NCBI GenBank assembly: GCA_964658305.1
Contig: OZ210884.1
Coordinates: forward strand, 62,001-126,000
Reading direction: 5' to 3'
Length of the DNA stretch: 64,000 nt
From: Leptogorgia sarmentosa
Taxonomy: Eukaryota
The stretch's first letter is position 1. Each line of letters opens with the position of its first letter. The notes beneath the pieces are model-generated. The model was not told the DNA's origin, did no database searches, and saw only the letters and a program-made list of their open reading frames with translations. This document shows positions 10,161 to 23,579 of this stretch, piece by piece. Made by a program: the position numbers and the translations under genes.

Positions 10161-10180
10161 GGTACGCATTTCGCCCTGTG
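10161..10180 (-). repeat. Right terminal inverted repeat
   Basis: GGTACGCATTTCGCCCTGTG, followed by the TAA TSD. Confidence 0.88.
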
Positions 10181-13100
10181 TAATGATAATCACGATCGTT
10201 AATTAAATTCATGATCGTTAATCATGATCGTTAATCATAATCATGATCTATAATCAAAATCATGATCGTTAATCATGATCGTTAATCATAATCATGATCT
10301 ATAATCAAAATCATGATCGTTAATCATGATCGTTAATCATAATCATGTTCGTTAATCATAATCATGATCGCCAATCGTGATCGTTAATCAAAATCATGAT
10401 CGTTAATCATATTCATGATCGTTAATTATTATCATGATCGTTAATCAAATTCATGATCGTCAATCATCATCGTTAATCATAATCATGATCGTTAATCGTA
10501 ATCATGATCCTTAATCATAATCATGATCGTTAATCATAATCATGATCGTTAATCATGATCGTTAATTATCATCGTTAATCATAATCATAATCATGATCAT
10601 TAATCATAATCAAAGTCTTTAATCATAATCATGATCGTTAATGAAAATCATGATCTTGAATCTTGATCGTTAATCATAGTCATGATCGTTAATCATAATC
10701 ATGATCGTTAATCAAATTCATGATCGTCAATCGTCATCCTTAATTATAATCATGATCGTTAATCGTAATCATGATCGTTAATCATAATCATGATCGTTAA
10801 TCATATTCATGATCGTTAATCATAATCATGATCGGCAATCATGATCTTTAATCATAATCATGATCGTTAATCAAATTCATGATCGTCAATCATCATAGTT
10901 AATCATAATCATGATCGTTAATCATAATCATGATCGTAAAACATAATCATGATCGTTAATCATAATCATGTTCGTTAATCATAATCATGATCGTTAATCA
11001 TTATCATGATCGTTAATCATATTCATGATCGTTAGTCATATCCATGATCGTCAATCATAATCATGACCGCTAATCATAATCATGATAGTTAATCATAATC
11101 ATGATCGTTAATCATGGTCGTTAATCCTAATCATGATCGTTAATAAGAATCATGATTGTAAATCATAATCATGATCGTTAATCATAATCGTGATCGTTTA
11201 TCATAATCATGATCGTTAATCATAATCATGATCGTTAATAAGAATCATGATCGTTAATCATAATCATGATCGTGAACCATATTCATGATCGTTAATCATA
11301 ATCATGATTGTAAATCATAATCATGATCGTTAATCATAATCGTGATCGTTAATCATAATCATGATTGTTAATCATAATCATGACCGTTTATCATGGTCGT
11401 TAATCATGATCGTCAATCATAATCATGATCGTTAATCGTAATCATGATCGTTAATCAAATTCATGATCGTTAATCATAATCATGATCGTTAATGATAATC
11501 ATGATCGTTAATCGTAATCTTGATCGTTTATCATAATCATGATCGTTAATCATAATCATAATCATAATCATTAATCATAATCATGATCGTTAATCATAAT
11601 CATGATTGTTAATCATAATCATAATCAGGATCGTTAATCGTAATCATGATCGTTAATCATGATCGTTAATCAGAATCATGATCGTTAATCATAATCGTTA
11701 ATCATAATCATGATCATGAATAATAATCATGATCGTAAATCATAATCATGATCGTTAATCATAATCATGATCGTTAATCCTAATCATGATCGTTAATCAT
11801 AATCATGATCGTTAATCATGATCGTTATCCGTAATCATGACAGTTAATTATAATCATGATCGTTGATCATAATCATCATCGTTAATTTAAATTATGATCG
11901 TTAATCATAATCATGATGGTTAATTACAATCATGATCGTTGATCATGATAGTTAATTATTATAATGATCGTTAATCACGATCGTTAATCGCAATCATGAT
12001 AGTTCATTATAATCATGATCGTTAATCATAATCATGATCGTTAATCAAAATTATGATCGTTAATCCTAATCATGATCGTTAATCATAATCATGATCGTTA
12101 ATCAGGATCATGATCGTTAATCATAATGATGATCGTTAATCCTAATCGTGGTCGTTAATCCTAATCATGATCGTTAATCATAATCATGATCTTTAATCAT
12201 AATCATGATCGTGAATAACAATCATGATCGTTAAATATAATCATGATCGTAAATCATAATCATGATCGTTAATCATAATCATGATCGTTTATCATAATCA
12301 TGATCGTTATTCATAAACTTAATCGTTAATCATGATCATGATCGTAAATCATAATCATGATCGTTAATCATAAACTTAATCGTTAATCATAATCGTTATC
12401 GTTAACCATAATCATGATTGTTAATCATAATTATAATCATAATCGTTAATCATAATCATGATCGTTAATCATAATCATGATCGTTAATCATGATCGTTAA
12501 CCGTAATCATGACAGTTAATTATAATCATGATCGTTGATCATAATCATCATCGTTAATTAAAATTATGATCGTTAATCATAATCATGATGGTTAATCATA
12601 ATCATGATCGTTAATCACGATCGTTAATCGCAATCATGAGAGTTAAATTTAATCATGATCGTTAATCATAATCATGACCGTTAATCAAAATTACTATCGT
12701 TAATGCTAATCATGATCGTTAATCATAATCATGACCGTTAATCAGGATCATGATCGTTAATCATAATGATGATCGTTAATCCTAATCGTGGTCGTTAATC
12801 CTAATCATGATCGTTAATCATAATCATGATCGTTAATCCCAATCATGATCGTTAATCATAATCATGATGATAGTTAACCATGATCGTTAATCTTAATCAT
12901 GATTGTTAATCATAATCTTAATCGTTAATCATAATCGTGATCGTTAATCATAATCATGATCGTTAATCATAATGATGATCGTTAATCCTAATCATGATCG
13001 TGAATCATAATCATGATCGTAAATAATAATCATGATCGTTAATCATAATCTTGATCGTTTATCATAATCATGATCTTTAATCCTAATCATGATCGTTTAT

Positions 13101-13600
13101 CATGGTCGTTAATCAAGATCGTCAATCATAATCATGATCGTTAATCACTATCATGATCGTTAATCCTAATCATGATCGTTAATCAAAATTATGATCGTTG
13201 ATCATAATCATGATTGTTAATCATAATCTTGATCGTTGATCATAATCATGGTCGTTAATCATTATCGTTAATCTTAATCATGTTCGTTAATCACTATCAT
13301 GATCGTTAATCCTAATCATGATCGTTAATCATAAACTTAATCGTTAATCATAATCATGATCGGTAATCATAATCATGATTGTTAATCCTAATCACGATAG
13401 TTAATCCAAATCATGATCGTTAATCATAATCATGATCGTTATTCACAATCATGATTGTTAGACATGATCATTTATCATAATAATGATCGTTAATCATAAT
13501 CATCATCGTTTATCATGATGATTAACGATCATGATTATGATTATGATCATAATAACTCATAATCATGATCGTAATCATTCATTATGATTATGATTACGTG
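10181..13600 (+). repeat. 19-bp satellite array (AATCATAATCATGATCGTT); the last ~90 bp have mixed orientation
   Basis: Tandem units read directly. Orientation flips locally at ~13515 (...catcgtttatcatgatgattaacgatcatgattatg...). Confidence 0.97.
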
Positions 13601-13601
13601 A

Positions 13602-15178
13602 GCTTACATTGATAAACACGATGATGCAGTGATTTTTAGGAAGTTTGACAATGTGTTAAAAGTTGACCTAATTCAAGCGATTGAATACTTTTTGCACGAT
13701 TTTGACTAATTTTTCAATTTTTTTAAAAACCTTCTCATTGTGAAAAATAACACTCTTGTCATACTCTGGCGTATGCTTAAATTCATAAAAACGATGTTCG
13801 ATTGGTTATCAGGAAATTTGAGAATGTGATAAAACTTGACCTAATTCAAGCAATTGAATGTGGTTTTTGCACGATTTTGACTAATTTTTCAATTTTTTAA
13901 AAACCTTTCCAATGTGAAAAATAACACTCTTGTCATACTCTGGCGTATGCTTACATTATTAAAAACGATGTTCGAGTGGTTATCAGGAAGTTGAGAATGT
14001 TATAAAACTTGACTTAATTCAAGCAATTGAATGTGCTTTTTGCACGATTTTGACTAATTTTTCAATTTTTTTTAAACCTTTCCAATGTGAAAAATAACAC
14101 TCTTGTCATACTCTGGCGTATGCTTACATTCATAAAAACGATGTTCGAGTGGTTATCAGAAAATTTGAGAATGTGATAAAACTTGAGTTAATTCAAGCAA
14201 TTGAATGTGCTTTTTCACGATTTTGACTAATTTTTCAATTTTTTTAAAAACCTTCCCATTGTGAAAAATAACACTCTTGTCATACTCTTGCGTATGCTTA
14301 AATTCATAAAAACGATGTTCGAGTGGTTATCAGGAAATTTGAGAATGTGATAAAACTTGACCTAATTCAAGCAATTGAATGTGCTTTTTGCACGATTTTG
14401 ACTAATTTTTCAATTTTTTAAAAACCTTTCCAATGTGAAAAATAACACTCTAGTCATACTCTGGCGTGTGCTTACATTGATAAACACGATGATGCAGTGG
14501 TTTTTAGGAAGTGTGACAATGTGTTAAAACTTGATCTAATTGAAGCAATTGAATAGTTTTTGCACGATTTTGGCTAATTTTTCAATTTTTTTAAAAACCT
14601 TTCCAATGTCAAAAATAACACTCTTGTCATACTCTGGCGTATGCTTACATTGATAAAAACGATGTTCGAGTGGTTATCAGGAAATTTGAGAATGTGATAA
14701 AACTTAACTAAATTCAAGCAATTGAATATGCTTTTTGCACGGTTTTGACTAATTTTTCATTTTTTTTAAAAACCTTCCCAATGTGAAAAATAACACTCTA
14801 GTCATACTCTGGCGTGTGCTTACATTGATAAACACGATGATGCAGTGGTTTTTAGGAAGTTTGACAATGTGTTAAAACTTGACTTAATTCAAGCAATTGA
14901 ATGTGCTTTTTGCACGATTTTGACTAATTTTTCAATTTTTTAAAAACCTTTCCAATGTGAAAAATAACACTCTAGTCATACTCTGGCGTGTGCTTACATT
15001 GACAAACACGATGATGCAGTGGTTTTTAGGAAGTTTGACAATGTGTTAAAACTTGACCTAATTCAAGCAATTGAATACTTTTTGCACGATTTTGACTAAT
15101 TTTCCAATTTTTTTAAAAACCTTTCTAATGTCAAAAATAACATTCCAGTCATACTCTCTCATGCGCTTACATTGATTG
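13602..15178 (-). repeat. ~174-bp satellite, about 9 monomers, two subtypes; homologous to the reverse complement of the 141-bp satellite
   Basis: GCTTA(C/A)ATT recurs at 13602, 13775, 13949, 14122, 14296, 14470, 14643, 14818, 14992 and 15166. Subtypes are ACACGATGATGCAGTGG and AAACGATGTTCGAGTGG. Confidence 0.95.
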
Positions 15179-18100
15179 ATTGAGAATGTTAAACTTACAC
15201 GATATTAACGATCAAGATTATGATTATGATTAACAATCATGATTATGATTAACGATCAGGATTGACCATCATAATTAGGTTTAACGATCATGAATATGAT
15301 TAACGATCATGATTATGATTAACGATCATGATTATGATTAACCATTATGATTATGATTATGATTAACAATCATGATTATGATTAACGATCATGATTATGA
15401 TTAACGATTAAGTTTATGATTAACGATCATGATTATGATTAACGATCATGATTATGATTCACGATCATGATTATGATTAACGATCATGATTCGTATAAAC
15501 GATCATAATTAACGATCATGATTAGGATTAACGATCATGATTATGATTTACGATCATGATTATGATTAACGATCATGATTATGATTCACGATCAAGATTA
15601 GGATTAACGACCATGATTAACGATCATGATAAGGATTAACGATCATGATTATGATTAACGACCATGATTATGATAAACGATCAAGATTATGATTAACGAT
15701 CATGATTATGATTAACGATCATGATTATGATTCACGATCATGATTATGATTAACGACCATGATTAACGATCATGATTAGGATTAACGATCATGATAAACG
15801 ATCATGATTAGGATTAACGATCATGATTATGATTAACAATCATGATTAGGATTAACGATCATGATTATGATTAACGATTAAGATTATGATTAACAATCAT
15901 GATTACGATTAACGATCATGATTGACCATCATGAGTATGATTAACGATCATGATTATGATTATGATTAACAATCATGATTATGATTAACGATCATGATTA
16001 TGATTAACGATCATGATTATGATTGACGATCATGATTATGATTAACGATAATGATTATGATTAACGATCATGATTTGGATTAACGATCATAATTAACGAT
16101 CATGATTAGGATTAACGATCATAATTTTGTTTAACGATCATGATTATGATTTACGATCCTGATTATGATTAACCATTATGATTATGATTATGACTAACAA
16201 TCATGATTATGATTAACGATTATGATTATGATTAACGATTAAGTTTATGATTAACGATCATGATTATGATTAACGATCATGATTATGATTGACCATCATG
16301 ATTATGATTAACGATAATGATTATGATTAACGATGGAGATTTGGATTAACGATCATAATTAACGATCATGATTAGGATTAACGATCATCATTATGATTAA
16401 CGATCATGATTAGGATTAACGATCATAATTTTGTTTAACGATCATGATTATGATTTACGATCCTGATTATGATTAACCATTATGATTATGATTATGATTA
16501 ACAATCATGATTATGATTAACGATCATGATTATGATTAACGATCATGATTATGATAAACGATCAAGATTATGATTAACGATCATGATTATGATTTACGAT
16601 CATGATTATGATTAACGATCATGATTATGATTCACGATCATGATTATGATAAACGATCAAGATTATGATTAACGATCATGATTATGATTTAAGATCATGA
16701 TTATGATTAACGATCATGATTATGATTCACGATCATGATTATGATTAACGATCATGATTCGTATAAACGATCATAATTGACGATCATGATTAGGATTAAC
16801 GATCATGATTATGATTTACGATCATGATTATGATTAACGATCATGATTATGATTCACGATCAAGATTAGGATTAACGACCATGATTAACGATCATGATAA
16901 AGATTAACGATCATGATTATGATTAACGACCATGATTATGATAAACGATCAAGATTATGATTAACGATCATGATTATGATTAACGATCATGATTATGATT
17001 CACGATCATGATTATGATTAACGATCATGATTCGGATAAACGATCATAATAAACGATCATGATTGGGATTAACGATCATGATTATGATTTACGATCATGA
17101 TTATGATTAACGATCATGATTATGATTCACGATCATGATTAGGATTAACGACAATGATTAACGATCATGATTAGGATTAACGATCATGATAAACGATTAT
17201 GATTAGGATTAACGATCATGATTATGATTAACAATCATGATTAGGATTAACGATCATGATTATGATTAACGATTAAGATTATGATTAACAATCATGATTA
17301 CGATTAACGATCATGATTGACCATCATGAGTATGATTAACGATCATGATTATGATTATGATTAACAATCATGATTATGATTAACGATCATGATTATGATT
17401 AACGATCATGATTATGATTGACCATCATGATTATGATTAACGATAATGATTATGATTAACGATCATGATTTGGATTAACGATCATAATTAACGATCATGA
17501 TTAGGATTAACGATCATCATTATGATTAACGATCATGATTAGGATTAACGATCATAATTTTGTTTAACGATCATGATTATGATTTACGATCCTGATTATG
17601 ATTAACCATTATGATTATGATTAACGATTATGATTATGATTATGATTAACGATCATGATTATCATTAACGATTAAGTTTATGATTAACGATCATGATTAT
17701 GATTAACGATCATGATTATGATAAACGATCAAGATTATTATTAACGATCATGATTATGATTTACGATCATGATTATGATTAACGATCATGATTATGATTA
17801 ACGATTAAGATAATGATTATAATTAACTATCATGATTACGATCAAGGATCATGATTAACGATCATGATTAGGATTAACGATCATGATTAGGCCTAACGAT
17901 TGTGATTGTGATTAACGATCATGATTAGGATTAACGATCATGATTATAATTGTGATTAACAATCATGATTATGATTAACGATCATGATTAGGATTAACGA
18001 TCATGATCAACGATCATGATTAGGATTAACGATCATGATTATGATTAACGATCATGATTAGGATTAACGATCATGATATGATTAACGATCATGATTATGA

Positions 18101-21100
18101 TTATGATTAACAATCATGATTATGATTAACGATCATGATTATGGTTAATGATCATGATTGGGATTAACGATCATAATTAACGATCATGATTAGGATTAAC
18201 GATCATGATTATGATTAACGATCATGATTATGATTAACGATCATGATTATGATTCACGATCATGATTATGATTAACGACCATGATTAACGATCATGATTA
18301 GGATTAACGATCATGATAAACGATCATGATTAGGATTAACGATCATGATTATGACTAACAATCATGATTAGGATTAACGATCATGATTATGATTAACGAT
18401 TAAGATTATGATTAACAATCATGATTACGATTAACGATCATGATTGACCATCATGAGTATGATTAACGATCATGATTATGATTATGATTAACAATCATGA
18501 TTATGATTAACGATCATGATTATGATTAACGATCATGATTATGATTGACGATCATGATTATGATTAACGATAATGATTATGATTAACGATCATGATTTGG
18601 ATTAACGATCATAATTAACGATCATGATTAGTATTAACGATCATAATTTTGTTTAACGATCATGATTATGATTTCCGATCCTGATTATGATTAACCATTA
18701 TGATTATGATTATGACTAACAATCATGATTATGATTAACGATTATGATTATGATTAACGATTAAGTTTATGATTAACGATCATGATTATGATTAACGATC
18801 ATGATTATGATTGACCATCATGATTATGATTAACGATAATGATTATGATTAACGATCGAGATTTGGATTAACGATCATAATTAAAGATCATGATTAGGAT
18901 TAACGATCATCATTATGATTAACGATCATGATTAGGATTAACGATCATAATTTTGTTTAACGATCATGATTATGATTTACGATCCTGATTATGATTAACC
19001 ATTATGATTATGATTATGATTAACAATCATGATTATGATTAACGATCATGATTATGATTAACGATCATGATTATGATAAACGATCAAGATTATGATTAAC
19101 GATCATGATTATGATTTACGATCATGATTATGATTAACGATCATGATTATGATTCACGATCATGATTATGATAAACGATCAAGATTATGATTAACGATCA
19201 TGATTATGATTTAAGATCATGATTATGATTAACGATCATGATTATGATTCACGATCATGATTATGATTAACGATCATGATTCGTATAAACGATCATAATT
19301 GACGATCATGATTAGGATTAACGATCATGATTATGATTTACGATCATGATTATGATTAACGATCATGATTATGATTCACGATCAAGATTAGGATTAACGA
19401 CCATGATTAACGATCATGATAAAGATTAACGATCATGATTATGATTAACGACCATGATTATGATAAACGATCAAGATTATGATTAACGATCATGATTATG
19501 ATTAACGATCATGATTATGATTCACGATCATGATTATGATTAACGATCATGATTCGGATAAACGATCATAATAAACGATCATGATTGGGATTAACGATCA
19601 TGATTATGATTTACGATCATGATTATGATTAACGATCATGATTATGATTCACGATCATGATTAGGATTAACGACCATGATTAACGATCATGATTAGGATT
19701 AACGATCATGATAAACGATTATGATTAGGATTAACGATCATGATTATGATTAACAATCATGATTAGGATTAACGATCATGATTATGATTAACGATTAAGA
19801 TTATCATTAACAATCATGATTACGATTAACGATCATGATTGACCATCATGAGTATGATTAACGATCATGATTATGATTATGATTAACAATCATGATTATG
19901 ATTAACGATCATGATTATGATTAACGATCATGATTATGATTGACCATCATGATTATGATTAACGATAATGATTATGATTAACGATCATGATTTGCATTAA
20001 CGATCATAATTAACGATCATGATTAGGATTAACGATCATCATTATGATTAACGATCATGATTAGGATTAACGATCATAATTTTGTTTAACGATCATGATT
20101 ATGATTTACGATCCTGATTATGATTAACCATTATGATTATGATTAACGATTATGATTATGATTATGATTATGATTAACGATCATGATTATCATTAACGAT
20201 TAAGTTTATGATTAACGATCATGATTATGATTAACGATCATGATTATGATAAACGATCAAGATTATTATTAACGATCATGATTATGATTTACGATCATGA
20301 TTATGATTAACGATCATGATTATGATTAACGATTAAGATAATGATTATAATTAACTATCATGATTACGATCAAGGATCATGATTAACGATCATGATTAGG
20401 ATTAACGATCATGATTAGGCCTAACGATTGTGATTGTGATTAACGATCATGATTAGGATTAACGATCATGATTATAATTGTGATTAACAATCATGATTAT
20501 GATTAACGATCATGATTAGGATTAACGATCATGATCAACGATCATGATTAGGATTAACGATCATGATTATGATTAACGATCATGATTAGGATTAACGATC
20601 ATGATATGATTAACGATCATGATTATGATTATGATTAACCATGATTATGATTAACGATCATGATTATGGTTAATGATCATGATTGGGATTAACGATCATA
20701 ATTAACGATCATGATTAGGATTAACGATCATGATTATGATTAACGATCATGATTATGATTAACGATCATGATTATGATTCACGATCAAGATTAGGATTAA
20801 CGACCATGATTAACGATCATGATAAGGATTAACGATCATGATTATGATTAACGACCATGATTATGATAAACGATCAAGATTATGATTAACGATCATGATT
20901 ATGATTAACGATCATGATTATGATTCACGATCATGATTATGATTAACGACCATGATTAACGATCATGATTAGGATTAATGATCATGATAAACGATCATGA
21001 TTAGGATTAACGATCATGATTATGATTAACAATCATGATTAGGATTAACGATCATGATTATGATTAACGATTAAGATTATGATTAACAATCATGATTACG

Positions 21101-23325
21101 ATTAACGATCATGATTGACCATCATGAGTATGATTAACGATCATGATTATGATTATGATTAAAAATCATGATTATGATTAACGATCATGATTATGATTAA
21201 CGATCATGATTATGATTGACGATCATGATTATGATTAGCGATAATGATTATGATTAACGATCATGATTTGGATTAACGATCATAATTAACGATCATGATT
21301 AGGATTAACGATCATAATTTTGTTTAACGATCATGATTATGATTTACGATCCTGATTATGATTAACCATTATGATTATGATTATGATTAACGATCATGAT
21401 TATGATTAACGATCATGATTATGATTGACCATCATGATTATGATTAACGATAATGATTATGATTAACGATCATGATTTGGATTAACGATCACAATTAACG
21501 ATCATGATTAGGATTAACGATCATCATTATGATTAACGATCATGATTAGGATTAACGATCATAATTTTGTGTAACGATCATGATTATGATTTACGATCCT
21601 GATTATGATTAACCATTATGATTATGATTATGATTAACAATCATGATTATGATTAACGGTCATGATTATGATTAACGATCATGATTATGATAAACGATCA
21701 AGATTATGATTAACGATCATGATTATGATTTACGATCATGATTATGATTAACGATCATGATTATGATTCACGATCATGATTATGATAAACGATCAAGATT
21801 ATGATTAACGATCATGATTATGATTTACGATCATGATTATGATTAACGATCATGATTATGATTCACGATCATGATTATGATTAACGATCATGATTCGTAT
21901 GAACGATCATAATTGACAATCATGATTAGGATTAACGATCATGATTATGATTTACGATCATGATTATGATTAACGATCATGATTATGATTCACGATCAAG
22001 ATTAGGATTAACGACCATGATTAACGATCATGATAAAGATTAACGATCATGATTATGATTAACGACCATGATTATGATAAACGATCAAAATTATGATTAA
22101 CGATCATGATTATGATTAACGATCATGATTATGATTCACGATCATGATTATGATTAACGATCATGATTCGGATAAACGATCATAATAAACGATCATGATT
22201 GGGATTAACGATCATGATTATGATTTACGATCATGATTATGATTAACGATCATGATTATGATTCACGATCATGATTAGGATTAACGACCATGATTAACGA
22301 TCATGATTAGGATTAACGATCATGATAAACGATTATGATTAGGATTAACGATCATGATTATGATTAACAATCATGATTAGGATTAACGATCATGATTATG
22401 ATTAACGATTAAGATTATGATTAACAATCATGATTACGATTAACGATCATGATTGACCATCATGAGTATGATTAACGATCATGATTATGATTATGATTAA
22501 CAATCATGATTATGATTAACGATCATGATTATGATTAACGATCATGATTATGATTGACCATCATGATTATGATTAACGATAATGATTATGATTAACGATC
22601 ATGATTTGGATTAACGATCATAATTAACGATCATGATTAGGATTAACGATCATCATTATGATTAACGATCATGATTAGGATTAACGATCATAATTTTGTT
22701 TAACGATCATGATTATGATTTACGATCCTGATTATGATTAACCATTATGATTATGATTAACGATTATGATTATGATTATGATTAACGATCATGATTATCA
22801 TTAACGATTAAGTTTATGATTAACGATCATGATTATGATTAACGATCATGATTATGATAAACGATTATGATTATGATTAACGATTAAGATAATGATTATA
22901 ATTAACTATCATGATTACGATCAAGGATCATGATTAACGATCATGATTAGGATTAACGATCATGATTAGGCCTAACGATTGTGATTGTGACTAACGATCA
23001 TGATTAGGATTAACGATCATGATTATAATTGTGATTAACAATCATGATTATGATTAACGATCATGATTAGGATTAACGATCATGATCAACGATCATGATT
23101 AGGATTAACGATCATGATTATGATTAACGATCATGATTAGGATTAACGATCATGATATGATTAACGATCATGATTATGATTATGATTAACAATCATGATT
23201 ATGATTAACGATCATGATTACGGTTAATGATCATGATTGGGATTAACGATCATAATTAACGATCATGATTAGGATTAACGATCATGATTATGATTAACGA
23301 TCATGATTATGATTAACGATCATGA

Positions 23326-23413
23326 TTATTTATTTATTTATTTATGACAATATTTAAATAGGAAACTCTCTCACGTAAAGTGAATTTCAGAGAAGTCCTA
23401 TATGATTTTATGC
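23326..23413 (-). mobile_element. Short 5'-truncated retroposon (LINE/SINE 3' end) with (TAAA)n tail, copy 1
   Basis: (TTTA)n tract followed by non-satellite sequence gacaatatttaaataggaaactctcTCACgtaaaGTGAatttcagagaagtcct, which has stem-loop potential. Confidence 0.6.
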
Positions 23414-23490
23414 TATTATGATTAACGATCATGATATGATTAACGATCAGGATTATGATTAACGATCATGATTGTGATTAACGATCATGA

Positions 23491-23579
23491 TTATTTATTT
23501 ATTTATTTATGACAATATTTAAATAGGAAACTTTCTCACGTAAAGTGATTTTCAGAGAGGGTCTATATAATTTTATCCT
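23491..23579 (-). mobile_element. Short 5'-truncated retroposon 3' end, copy 2 (diverged duplicate)
   Basis: Same structure as copy 1, ~164 bp downstream, with several substitutions. Confidence 0.6.

Larger units (their letters stand above)
532..10180. mobile_element. 9.65-kb TIR DNA transposon, CACTA/EnSpm (CMC)-like, probably a non-autonomous deletion derivative carrying a kinase gene and a C14orf93-like gene
   Basis: Left end CACAGGACGAAATGCACACC (532-551) matches the reverse complement of the right end 10161-10180 (CACAGGGCGAAATGCGTACC) at 17/20. TAA flanks both ends (529-531 and 10181-10183). Removing the element rejoins satellite-like sequence. Subterminal TTAAAGGYG motifs occur at both ends. 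Confidence 0.88.

Noticed and set aside
532..10180. PIF/Harbinger assignment of the large element based on the TAA TSD
   Set aside because: CAC termini and subterminal repeats fit CACTA better, and TAA is abundant in the target satellite. Not fully excluded without other insertion sites.
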